A stretch of 64,000 bases of DNA from Chitinophagaceae bacterium (GTDB taxonomy: Bacteria > Bacteroidota > Bacteroidia > Chitinophagales > Chitinophagaceae): contig DASYQS010000051.1 in NCBI GenBank assembly GCA_036005185.1, positions 7,420 to 71,419 on the forward strand, read 5' to 3'. The notes beneath the pieces were generated by a model. The model made no database searches. It was not told the origin of the DNA and worked only from the letters and a program-made list of their open reading frames with translations. Below are positions 47,709 through 56,630 of the stretch, one piece after another (within the stretch, counting starts at the first letter, position 1; every line of letters starts with the position of its first letter). The position numbers and the translations under genes were made by a program.

Positions 47709-49211
47709 CTAAAATTGGAAGTAGATAAATGAGCTGCTGCTGGCCTGACTTAGAATTAGTAATAAAAGCATTACAGACCAGACTAACCCAACGATCCACC
47801 ATTTTGTTTTTTGAGCAACTTCCAATACTGTGGTATTACGCATGAACCAATGCGTGGCCACCATGAGAACAACAACCACAGAAACCTTTATCATATCAAT
47901 AGTGGGAAGCACAGGTGTTCCATTATTGACGCGAGTGAACATAGAAGTCAATAAACGCCATGCGGTAGAAAAATTTGGCGAACGGAAAAATACCCAGGTG
48001 ACATTTACCAGAAAAAAAGTAAATAAGGCAATGAAAAAATTCTGTACAGCTTTAGTCCTGAAAAATGCCGGAGCAAAAGAAGCCGAAGTGGTAACTACAG
48101 GTATTGGTTCAATTGCCGGAACTAATTCAGGCGCAGTTGAAGCGTCAGTAGGTGCTTTCTTCGGACGAAACAATCTTTCTACACATAAATAAGTTCCGTG
48201 CAAGGCTCCCCAAACTACAAATGTCCAATTAGCGCCATGCCATAAACCACCAAGCAACATAGTGATCATAAGGTTTACATACGTTCTAAATTCTCCTTTT
48301 CTATTTCCGCCTAATGGTATATACAAATAATCTCGCAGCCAAGCAGAGAGGGTTATATGCCATCGACGCCAGAAATCTGAAAAACCAATAGCAGCATAAG
48401 GATAGCGAAAGTTTTGAGGCAATACAAATCCAAGACACATAGCCGCTCCGATTGCACAAATTGAATAGCCTGCAAAATCAAAAAATATTTGTCCGGAAAA
48501 AGCGAGCACTCCCAACCATGCATCTATCGTTTGCAATACCCCGGAGAAACCGAATACAGTATCTGATGATGACGATAACATAGTATCTGCCAAAACGACT
48601 TTCATGAATAAACCCATCGAAAGTAAAAACAGGCCTTGCAACATTTGCGTTTGTGTAGCCTTACGAGGTGTTTCAAACTGAGGAACCAATTGAGGAGGCC
48701 TTACAATAGGTCCCGCAACCAGGTGTGGGAAGAAAGTTACAAACAAACAAAAATCCAGCATGGACTTTACAGGCTTGCTCTTACGCTTGTACATATCTAC
48801 CGTATAGCATAAAGTGGTAAATGTGTAAAAAGAAATTCCTGCCGGCAGAATAATATTGGGCTTAGCAGGATGAAAATTAATGCCAAAAGCATTTACAAGA
48901 GTCACAAAGTTTTCAAGCAAAAAGCCGCCGTATTTGAAAAAACATAACATGCCTAGGTTGCCAATGAGGCTTAATACCAGTAATAAATTTCTTTTATGCT
49001 TGTTTTCCTGAGTGTATAATGCACGGCCAACAAAGAAGTCGACTACCGTTGAGAGCCAGAGCAAAAGGATAAATGGAGGATTCCATACAGCATAAAAAAT
49101 ATAACTGGCAATAAGAAGATTTACCTTTTTTACTTTCCATGGAAATGGCATATTGTGTAATACCAACATCACGATAAAAAAGGCAACAAATGTGTAAGAA
49201 TTAAAAAGCAT
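47709..49211 (-). CDS. MBOAT-family membrane O-acyltransferase (AlgI/DltB-like)
   Basis: About 10 hydrophobic segments. Hallmark FWRRWHITLSAWLRDYLYIPLGGNR with the conserved His, and a downstream LWHGANW motif. Confidence 0.9.
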   Translation of the reverse strand: MLFNSYTFVAFFIVMLVLHNMPFPWKVKKVNLLIASYIFYAVWNPPFILLLWLSTVVDFFVGRALYTQENKHKRNLLLVLSLIGNLGMLCFFKYGGFLLENFVTLVNAFGINFHPAKPNIILPAGISFYTFTTLCYTVDMYKRKSKPVKSMLDFCLFVTFFPHLVAGPIVRPPQLVPQFETPRKATQTQMLQGLFLLSMGLFMKVVLADTMLSSSSDTVFGFSGVLQTIDAWLGVLAFSGQIFFDFAGYSICAIGAAMCLGFVLPQNFRYPYAAIGFSDFWRRWHITLSAWLRDYLYIPLGGNRKGEFRTYVNLMITMLLGGLWHGANWTFVVWGALHGTYLCVERLFRPKKAPTDASTAPELVPAIEPIPVVTTSASFAPAFFRTKAVQNFFIALFTFFLVNVTWVFFRSPNFSTAWRLLTSMFTRVNNGTPVLPTIDMIKVSVVVVLMVATHWFMRNTTVLEVAQKTKWWIVGLVWSVMLLLLILSQASSSSFIYFQF

Positions 49212-49240
49212 ATTCGTTGGTTTGTGTGTGAACGATAAGT

Positions 49241-50287
49241 TTATAAAGAGTTTTTGTGAGGAAAGTTCCAGCTTTTATTCTCCAATATTTGTACAAAGCT
49301 TTTTGTAAACTTTACTGCATCAGCCGGAGATAAATGCGAAAATTCGGGGCAATTAAAATGAGCAAGCGATTCATAATCCATAAAGTGAATTCCCGGGCAA
49401 CCGGTTATCGCCAGCAATCTTTCCCAATATTTTTTCCTAGGATATCCTTGTTGCTCACCCTCAAGGAATGGTCCGCTTGATGGGGTGCGAACAAACAATA
49501 CATTGCCTCCTCTTGTTTTTATCTTGTCAACATCTGCTTTCACTAAAGCTAATATGCTATCCAGTTTGGTTCCGGTCGGTGGTGGACTTTTCATTGCCCG
49601 CCCCAACGATGCCCATATCATTCTCACCTGGTTTTGCAAATTAGTGTCCTTCACAAAACGCTCATGCATCTTGCTTTGGCGATTTGCTTGCGTGAGATCG
49701 AATTCCCATGGAAATGGCAGCGGATCATTGCCTTGAACTCCCGGCCGATTCTTCAACCCGAGCTTAGCCAGATAAGCATTCATTGAAAAAAAATCTTTGT
49801 CTAACAAAACAAACTGCGATTCTAACAACTGGCTCAGTTGAAAGCTTGCTTTTTCCGATGGTGTCTGTTTCTTATAAAAGTTTATTCCCTTGTCGGGCCG
49901 CTGACGAAACGGTGCACCGTCATTGAAGAACAAAACTTCTGTCACATCAACAATCAGCCGGCCTTTAAAATCTTTATCCTCGGCTAAGTCATGTAATAGG
50001 TAACAAGGATTGCTGCCTACCATTGCCAATTGTATGGCATCAGTTCCCGTTTCTTGATTCCACGTCGGAATGTCCAGATCAAATTTTATTCGAGAAGATC
50101 CGATGAAAACGGTGGCTTTGTCTGATGGCAGATATACCCTGGCCCTTTTATTCGACCATAATTCAGGACCATCATCATAAGAAATAGTCCTGTTCTGGCT
50201 GCGTAAATAAAATTCCCAGCAAATGATAACTGCTGCAACAACAATCACCGTTAATAAGCCCGCTTTTAAGAAATGTTTTGGTGGCAT
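49241..50287 (-). CDS. membrane-anchored hypothetical protein, paralog 1 (possible SGNH/DltD-like partner of the MBOAT)
   Basis: N-terminal TM (AGLLTVIVVAAVIICW). Blocks shared with paralog 2: VFIGSSRIKFDLD, LFVRTPSSG, CPEFSHLSPADAV. The function is inferred only. Confidence 0.5.
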   Translation of the reverse strand: MPPKHFLKAGLLTVIVVAAVIICWEFYLRSQNRTISYDDGPELWSNKRARVYLPSDKATVFIGSSRIKFDLDIPTWNQETGTDAIQLAMVGSNPCYLLHDLAEDKDFKGRLIVDVTEVLFFNDGAPFRQRPDKGINFYKKQTPSEKASFQLSQLLESQFVLLDKDFFSMNAYLAKLGLKNRPGVQGNDPLPFPWEFDLTQANRQSKMHERFVKDTNLQNQVRMIWASLGRAMKSPPPTGTKLDSILALVKADVDKIKTRGGNVLFVRTPSSGPFLEGEQQGYPRKKYWERLLAITGCPGIHFMDYESLAHFNCPEFSHLSPADAVKFTKSFVQILENKSWNFPHKNSL

Positions 50288-50297
50288 GTATTTGTGT

Positions 50298-51365
50298 TTA
50301 GTTAAAAATTGATGGCTGCTTAAATTTCCAACCCTTTTCCTCTTGAAGGATCTTCACTAAATTCTTGGTATAAACTACAGCATCTGCGGGTGACAGATGC
50401 GACCATTCAGGGCAAATAAAATTTGCGACCTCTGGATAATCTTCATAATAAATTCCTGGTGTATTGGTGTACGCAAGCAACTTATCCCAATATTCTTCTC
50501 GGGGATATACAATTTGTTCAGCTTTCTTGTAACCACCGCTTGAGGGCGGTCGAACAAATAGCACCTGACCGCCTCGAGACCTTATTTTGTCAATAGCTTT
50601 TTTCATCTGATCAAATACGTTAGTAAGTGAATCACCTTTAAGGCCATGAATTGTTTTATCGGTCAAGCTTTTTTTTATCCAGCCATTTCGCTGAACCCAA
50701 TTATTTTTCTGAATGTTTTGCAGATGTTCGCTAGATAAAAACATAGGGGTAAAAGAGGATTGCCTTTCAAAACTAGCCACAGCAAATTCTTTCGGAAAAG
50801 CGGGAGGGCTTACTACTCCTCGTCGATCGGGAACATGCATGCCATATAATAGGGAGTTCAAGCCAAACTTTCCTTCTTCCAGAAAAACAAGATTTGATTC
50901 CAACGCATGATCAATAGCTGAGCTTGTTTTTTGTGAAGGAGTTTCTTTGTAATAATAATCCAGGGTTTGCGTTGCAGATCTGTCTCTTTGAGCTGCTCCC
51001 GAAAAAAGTGTGAACTCTGTAGCATCGATGATCAATTTGCCCTTGAATTTTTCATCTTTAGCAAGATCATTCAATATGAGCCTGCAAGAAGTTCCAACAA
51101 TTGCCAGTTGGACAGCTTTTTCTCCCGTCAGTTTTTCCCAAGTAGGAACGTCAAGATCGAATTTTATTCTTGATGGGCCAATAAAAACAGTGGCCTCGTT
51201 AGCGGGCTGATATATTTGTTTTCTTTTCGTTGCCCATAATATTTTATCATCATTAAAGGTTGCACGAAAACCCCTGCTGCGCCAATACAATTCCCAACAA
51301 ACACTAAAAACAACTACAAGCACAATAGTCAATATCCCGGCTTTTGTAAAACTGTTAAGGTGCAT
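50298..51365 (-). CDS. membrane-anchored hypothetical protein, paralog 2 (possible SGNH/DltD-like partner of the MBOAT)
   Basis: N-terminal TM (AGILTIVLVVVFSVCW). VFIGPSRIKFDLD, LFVRPPSSG, CPEWSHLSPADAV. The gene ends 10 nt upstream of the paralog 1 start. Confidence 0.5.
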   Translation of the reverse strand: MHLNSFTKAGILTIVLVVVFSVCWELYWRSRGFRATFNDDKILWATKRKQIYQPANEATVFIGPSRIKFDLDVPTWEKLTGEKAVQLAIVGTSCRLILNDLAKDEKFKGKLIIDATEFTLFSGAAQRDRSATQTLDYYYKETPSQKTSSAIDHALESNLVFLEEGKFGLNSLLYGMHVPDRRGVVSPPAFPKEFAVASFERQSSFTPMFLSSEHLQNIQKNNWVQRNGWIKKSLTDKTIHGLKGDSLTNVFDQMKKAIDKIRSRGGQVLFVRPPSSGGYKKAEQIVYPREEYWDKLLAYTNTPGIYYEDYPEVANFICPEWSHLSPADAVVYTKNLVKILQEEKGWKFKQPSIFN

Positions 51366-51525
51366 AACAAAAATTTAAAAGATTACGGCTAACTAATGCA
51401 GGACCCCTTTAAAAATAATGGTTAAGTATGCGCTTACAAAAGGTATTGCGGATAAAAGATAGGATGGCTATAAAGTAAAAAATAAAATGCGAAGTAATAA
51501 AAATAATAAATACAACGGAAAATAA

Positions 51526-51551
51526 AAAGGCCCGATAGAAATCGGCCCTTT
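51526..51551 (-). terminator. orphan hairpin + U-run (minus strand) with no credible upstream CDS
   Basis: Minus strand reads AAAGGGCCGAU-UUCU-AUCGGGCCUUU followed by UUAUUUU. Ten of eleven positions pair; there is one C.C mismatch. Confidence 0.4.
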
Positions 51552-51900
51552 ATTAAAAATCCAATATCCTATGAAAAACCAGTTGTATTTAAACAAAAGA
51601 CAGTCCATAAAATTTTTAAACGAGTAGTAAGGCCTTACCCAATGAAAACATGGAAAATCTGGGAAATATTTTCCACAAAAATGGAGCTTAAAAGCTGTTT
51701 GTTTAGAGAAGCCTAAATAGAAGAATCGGCTAAGAATAAAATAAAATATAATACGATGAGTATAACCATGCAAATCGTCAAGACTTCCTTTCTTGTTATC
51801 AAAGAAATTGTTTAAGAGCCATGTTATTATTTTCTTTTGTGATTGACAGGAATAACCTTGTTTTTATTCCATTTTATTTACTTAAATAAAATAAGAATTT

Positions 51901-52368
51901 ATGAAACCGAATAGAAGATTAATAGCAATTAAATCACTTTTAATTCTATGTTGTGCAGCATTGTTTTCTTTCACTTCAAAATTTGGAGGAGATAGCTTTG
52001 AAATTTGGCTGAATGGGAAAAAGGTGCTTCAGCAATATGTACATGTAGCGAAAGGAGTTCAAACCCTTCAATTGACCCAAGCCTCAGGCAATGATAAATT
52101 GGATATTTATTATAGCCATTGCGGACAAACTGGTAAAAGCAGATACATAACCATTAAAGATGAAAAAGACCGACCACTAAAAGTTTGGAAATTTGCAGAC
52201 GCAAATGGCAGTAACAAAGCGATGTCTTTTAAATTGAAAGATATTTTAAGCTTGAAAAAAAATAAGGACAACAAGCTAAATGTTTTTTATTCATCTCAGG
52301 AGCTTCCAAATGGAAGATTACTTGCAATAATCGGTGCAGGAAATGAAAACGGTATAGCCAGGAAATAA
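51901..52368 (+). CDS. hypothetical secreted protein
   Basis: 155 aa with a signal/anchor (LLILCCAALFSF). Followed by a strong terminator. No recognised domain. Confidence 0.45.
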   Translation: MKPNRRLIAIKSLLILCCAALFSFTSKFGGDSFEIWLNGKKVLQQYVHVAKGVQTLQLTQASGNDKLDIYYSHCGQTGKSRYITIKDEKDRPLKVWKFADANGSNKAMSFKLKDILSLKKNKDNKLNVFYSSQELPNGRLLAIIGAGNENGIARK

Positions 52369-52383
52369 TAAGATGGATGCTTC

Positions 52384-52410
52384 GGGTCTTTCTTGAAAGG
52401 CCCTTTTTTT
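52384..52410 (+). terminator. intrinsic terminator
   Basis: GGGTCTTT-CTTG-AAAGGCCC (8 bp including one G.U) followed by T7. It overlaps the stop codon of the convergent minus-strand gene. Confidence 0.6.
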
Positions 52411-52834
52411 AGCGAAGTAACTTGTTGAACTTTTCTAACTCGGTAATTTCTGCTGATGAAAGGGGTTCATTGTGATCGTATTTTGATTTAAGAAATAGCA
52501 CCCGTTTGTGTTGGGGATATTTTTCGAGGATCGATACTATTTTTTGCCCCAAGATTTCATCTTTTGTATAAAGCGGCTTCGGTGAAGGGGGAACTGATTT
52601 ATATCGTGTTGGCTTTTTTAATATTTCAGCTTCCAAAGTAGCAAGCCATTTTGGTGGCATAGTTTTAATCTTTAGAGCTTTATTATATAAACCTTCTAAC
52701 TGCTTTTTACTAAGCCCTCCTCTCTCCTGATATTGAAATGCTAAACTTTGAATAAACGACGAGCTGGGATAAGCAAGCAACGCAGCCTGCAATACTTCAT
52801 GAATAATGTCAACATCGGGTTTTTTTCTGAACAT
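52409..52834 (-). CDS. hypothetical protein
   Basis: 141-aa ORF with an ATG start. No signal peptide and no recognised motif. Confidence 0.4.
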   Translation of the reverse strand: MFRKKPDVDIIHEVLQAALLAYPSSSFIQSLAFQYQERGGLSKKQLEGLYNKALKIKTMPPKWLATLEAEILKKPTRYKSVPPSPKPLYTKDEILGQKIVSILEKYPQHKRVLFLKSKYDHNEPLSSAEITELEKFNKLLR

Positions 52835-52983
52835 GATTACAAGTTGTACAAAAGCTGAACCACATTCACATTTTTTTGACAGAACTATTCGATAATGAGA
52901 GCTGTTAAATAATTCAGCTTATTGCAAAATCAAAAATCGCTATTATGGCTTATCGTTTAAACGGGGCGATAAAAGAGATCATT

Positions 52984-53907
52984 TTATACCAATTCAATAT
53001 CAAAATTCACCAGATCACGAAACTGGCGAAGGCGTTTGTCAATATCTTCTTTGGTAATTTCTTTCAAACGGGAGGGACCGAATTTTTCTACGCAAAAGCT
53101 TGCCATGGCGCTTCCAACAATAATGGCAGTTTTCATGTTGTCAAATGACACATCTTTTGTTTTAGCCAAGTGTCCGATAAAGCCTCCGGCAAATGTATCG
53201 CCGGCACCGGTAGGGTCAAATACATCTTCTAATGGAAGGGCAGGAGCAAAAAACACCTTGCCATCATGAAACAACAATGCTCCATGCTCCCCCTTTTTAA
53301 CAATCAAAAATTTAGGGCCCATGGATAATATGGTCTTTGCTGCCTTCACCAATGAGTATTGACCACTCAATTGCCTGGCTTCCGCATCATTAACCAAAAG
53401 CACATCTATTTGCTTTAATACAGTTTCAAGATCAGGCATAGCTGCTTCCATCCAAAAATTCATCGTGTCCATGACAATTAACCGAGGTCTCTGTTTTAAT
53501 TGCTTGATAACACTTATTTGAACAGACGGCTGAAGATTACCCAACATTAAGAATTCTGAGCCCTGATAGTTTTCAGGGATTTGGGGATTGAAATCTGCTA
53601 GTACATTTAAGTCAGTGATCAAAGTATCACGGCTATTCATATCCTCATGATAGCGGCCGCTCCAGAAAAAAGATTTTTTATCTTTTTTCATTTCAACCCC
53701 ATCCATTACCACCCCACGGAAGATGAGTTGGTGTATTTCTTCTTTAGGAAAATCATAGCCGATGATGGAAACCTGATTAATTGGCTGAATAAAATTACTA
53801 GCGGCATAGGCCACATAAGTAGCGGAACCGCCAATAATTTGATCAGTTTTTCCGAAAGGAGTTTCAATTGCATCAAAGGCCATGGTACCAACAACAATCA
53901 ACGACAT
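52984..53907 (-). CDS. PfkB-family carbohydrate kinase
   Basis: The start is moved to the ATG at 53907 (MSLIVVGTMAFDAIETPFG). PfkB signature 2 is present: DPTGAGDTFAGGF. Confidence 0.8.
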   Translation of the reverse strand: MSLIVVGTMAFDAIETPFGKTDQIIGGSATYVAYAASNFIQPINQVSIIGYDFPKEEIHQLIFRGVVMDGVEMKKDKKSFFWSGRYHEDMNSRDTLITDLNVLADFNPQIPENYQGSEFLMLGNLQPSVQISVIKQLKQRPRLIVMDTMNFWMEAAMPDLETVLKQIDVLLVNDAEARQLSGQYSLVKAAKTILSMGPKFLIVKKGEHGALLFHDGKVFFAPALPLEDVFDPTGAGDTFAGGFIGHLAKTKDVSFDNMKTAIIVGSAMASFCVEKFGPSRLKEITKEDIDKRLRQFRDLVNFDIELV

Positions 53908-54067
53908 GAAATTGGAATTATGATTAGGAATTTTATTATGGCGCGCAATATTAAGCAAAAGTTTCAAGCTCAAAGTTGAAGTTTTAAAGTTTGTTGCAAT
54001 AGTTGAGAGTTTTTTAAGCTTCAAACATCAAGCATCAAACATCGAACATGAGTGCTTATCTTTGAGT

Positions 54068-54655
54068 ATGGCCAAGATCTTGCGTCGTAAATCATCAAAA
54101 AGGGAAGTGATACTTATCAAAGCCGCTGCCATGTTTAAGGACAAGGGTTTTGCAGCTTCTTCCATGCGTGATCTTGCCGAGACGGTAGGGATTGAAGCAG
54201 CCAGTTTATACAATCATATCAAATCAAAATCAGAAATTTTACAAGAGATCATTTTTCATGCAGCTACGGAGTGTAATATTCATCTGGATGAAGTAGATCT
54301 CGAAGGAAAATCATCGTTGAAAAAAATTGAAGAGGTCATCCGCTTTCATGTACGCATGATGCTCAACCGTTTTGAAGAATATCATGTGATGACACATGAA
54401 TGGATACATCTTTCAGAGCCACACCTAACTAATTTTACCGCACAGCGGCGCAGTTATGTTCAAAGGCTTGAGGCCATCGTGGACCAGGGTATAAAAAATA
54501 AAGAAATGAAACCCGTTATTCCTTATGTTGCTGTGCTAACTATACTTTCCGCAGTGCGGGGACTTGAATTTTGGCATCGCAGTCAGAAAAAATATTCACC
54601 CCAACAAATGGAAGATAATATGGTGATGCACTTGATTACTGGACTTCAGTTGTAA
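54068..54655 (+). CDS. TetR/AcrR-family transcriptional regulator
   Basis: The ATG is at 54068 (the track starts at TTG 54062). HTH FAASSMRDLAETVGIEAASLYNHIKSK. Lies directly upstream of paaE. Confidence 0.85.
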   Translation: MAKILRRKSSKREVILIKAAAMFKDKGFAASSMRDLAETVGIEAASLYNHIKSKSEILQEIIFHAATECNIHLDEVDLEGKSSLKKIEEVIRFHVRMMLNRFEEYHVMTHEWIHLSEPHLTNFTAQRRSYVQRLEAIVDQGIKNKEMKPVIPYVAVLTILSAVRGLEFWHRSQKKYSPQQMEDNMVMHLITGLQL

Positions 54656-54663
54656 ATCAATGC

Positions 54664-54756
54664 AGAATTCAGAATGGAAGAATAGAAGAATTAAGAATAT
54701 TATAAACATTCCGTTCTATCATTTTGAATTCTCTTATTCTGTATTCTTTTATTCTT
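54664..54756. repeat. symmetric array of AGAAT pentamers (5 direct, then 4 inverted) forming a long imperfect palindrome
   Basis: AGAAT starts at 54664, 54671, 54679, 54687 and 54694. ATTCT starts at 54728, 54736, 54743 and 54751. AAGAATAGAAGAAT (54678-54691) can pair with ATTCTTTTATTCTT (54743-54756) over 14 bp including one G.U. Confidence 0.5.
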
Positions 54757-54792
54757 GACTCCTCCTTCTAATGGCCCTTCTTATCTTTGAGC

Positions 54793-55872
54793 ATGTCTAT
54801 TCATTTTCATAAGCTTGCCATAAAAGAAATTAGAAGAGAAACTCCAGAATGTGTTTCCGTGTTATTTGAAATACCTAAAGAAATAAAAAAAGATTTTGCA
54901 TTCAAACAAGGACAAAGCCTTACCATGCGGACCTTTTTGAATAGTGAAGAAGTGCGAAGAACTTATTCTATCTGTGGTTCGCCGTTAGATGAAGAATGGA
55001 GAGTGGCTATTAAAAAACAAGAAGGTGGTTTGTTTTCCAGCTTCGCAAATGAACAATTAAAAAATGGTGATGTGCTGGAAGTAATGCCGCCTGTAGGAAA
55101 ATTTTACACTGAGCTAGACCCAACTAATAAAAAAAATTATGTGGCCTTTGCTGCGGGCAGTGGCATTACACCAGTTATCTCTATTCTTAAAACAGTCTTG
55201 AGAACCGAATCCAAAAGTCAATTCACGTTGGTATATGGAAACCGGAATAAGAATTCTATCATTTTCAAAGAAGAATTAGAAGGATTAAAAGATAAGTTTA
55301 TCGATCGTTTTAGAATCATACATATTTTAAGCCGTGAAAGAACTGATGCTCCGATCAATAGTGGCAGAATTGATTTGGATAAATTAAATCATCTAAATAA
55401 GCTGATCAATTATAAAAGCATCGATGAATTCTTTATCTGCGGACCGGAAGAGATGATCTTTTGTGTGAAGGGTTTTTTAGAAAATATTGACATCGATAAA
55501 AGGAAAATTCATTTTGAATTATTTACTACACCTGGAGAGATTAAAGGTAAAAAGCACAAAATACAAGGTACTAGGGAAGACGAGGGGCCAAAAAGCAAGA
55601 TCAGTGTGAAGCTTGATGGAATAAGCTTTGATTTTAACCTCGGCTTTAATGCCGAGCCAATCTTAGATGCTGCTCTTAAACAAGGTGCTGATCTGCCATT
55701 TGCTTGTAAAGGAGGTGTATGCTGCACATGCAAAGCCAAACTCATTGAAGGCGAAGTGGACATGGAAGTTCATTGGGGACTGGAACATGAAGAAATTGAA
55801 CAAGGTTATATTCTTACTTGCCAGTCACATCCGAAAACTGAAAGAGTGGTGGTGGATTTTGATATCAAATAA
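54793..55872 (+). CDS. paaE: phenylacetyl-CoA epoxidase reductase subunit (FNR-like domain + plant-type 2Fe-2S)
   Basis: The ATG is at 54793. FAD-binding RTYSICGSP, NAD-binding FAAGSGITP, C-terminal ferredoxin CKGGVCCTCKAKL...LTCQS. Confidence 0.85.
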   Translation: MSIHFHKLAIKEIRRETPECVSVLFEIPKEIKKDFAFKQGQSLTMRTFLNSEEVRRTYSICGSPLDEEWRVAIKKQEGGLFSSFANEQLKNGDVLEVMPPVGKFYTELDPTNKKNYVAFAAGSGITPVISILKTVLRTESKSQFTLVYGNRNKNSIIFKEELEGLKDKFIDRFRIIHILSRERTDAPINSGRIDLDKLNHLNKLINYKSIDEFFICGPEEMIFCVKGFLENIDIDKRKIHFELFTTPGEIKGKKHKIQGTREDEGPKSKISVKLDGISFDFNLGFNAEPILDAALKQGADLPFACKGGVCCTCKAKLIEGEVDMEVHWGLEHEEIEQGYILTCQSHPKTERVVVDFDIK

Positions 55873-55884
55873 AAGCCCAGATAC

Positions 55885-56628
55885 ATGAAAGTTTTTGTGT
55901 CGGAATCGTACGAGACAATGTCAAAGCAAGCTGCGGGGGAAATTATAAGATTGACTCAATTGCACAAAAACCCAGTTGTTTGCACTGCTTCCGGTGACAC
56001 ACCAACAGGTGTTTATAAAAAAATCATCAATATTATCAATAAAGAACATTTGAATATTTCCGATTGGATATTTATCGGATTGGACGAATGGATAGGCATG
56101 AACGGAAATGATGAGGGAAGTTGTCGTTATTATTTAGATCAGCAATTGTTTCAACCACTACAGGTAGTCGATGAAAAAATTTGTTTTTTTGATGGAAGAG
56201 CAAAAAATTTAGAAGCGGAATGCGAGCGGGTCGAAAATTTTATTTCTCAGCATGGAGGTATTGATATAGCAATACTAGGATTGGGAATGAACGGGCACAT
56301 AGGAATGAATGAGCCTGGTACTTCAAAGTATGCACGTTCTCATGTTTCGGAGCTTGATGTTACAACACAGCAAGTGGGACAGAAATATTTTAAAAACCAG
56401 CAAACCCTTAGCCGAGGTATTACCTTAGGAACAGCTAGTTTGTTAGAAGCACGTCATATTATTCTGCTTGTCAGTGGAAATCACAAGGCTGGAATAGTAC
56501 AGCAAATCATTGAAGGCGAAATTTCTGAACAATTGCCTGCAAGTTTACTACGCCTCCACCCTGAATTGAAAATATATTTGGATATGGACGCTGCTGCAAA
56601 TATTATGAGACCTTTAAACGAGCCATAA
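55885..56628 (+). CDS. glucosamine/galactosamine-6-phosphate deaminase-isomerase family protein (NagB-like)
   Basis: ASGDTPTGVY, GLDEWIG and LGLGMNGHIGMNEPG blocks. Starts 12 nt after the paaE stop. Confidence 0.7.
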   Translation: MKVFVSESYETMSKQAAGEIIRLTQLHKNPVVCTASGDTPTGVYKKIINIINKEHLNISDWIFIGLDEWIGMNGNDEGSCRYYLDQQLFQPLQVVDEKICFFDGRAKNLEAECERVENFISQHGGIDIAILGLGMNGHIGMNEPGTSKYARSHVSELDVTTQQVGQKYFKNQQTLSRGITLGTASLLEARHIILLVSGNHKAGIVQQIIEGEISEQLPASLLRLHPELKIYLDMDAAANIMRPLNEP

Positions 56629-56630
56629 AC

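Noticed and set aside
51468-51773. 101-aa ORF (MHGYTHRIIFYFILSRFFYLGF...) as a small membrane protein gene
   Set aside because: The extreme Phe/Tyr/Leu composition is typical of translating a T-rich strand. The ORF runs straight through a hairpin + U-run terminator, and there is no signal or topology logic. I treated it as non-coding and discuss the region as an orphan interval.
53908-54067. Short ACATC/CATCAA repeats (54021-54050) in the PfkB/TetR divergent promoter, considered as a TetR operator
   Set aside because: There is no clear dyad symmetry and the repeats are short enough to be chance. It is not strong enough to report as a feature.
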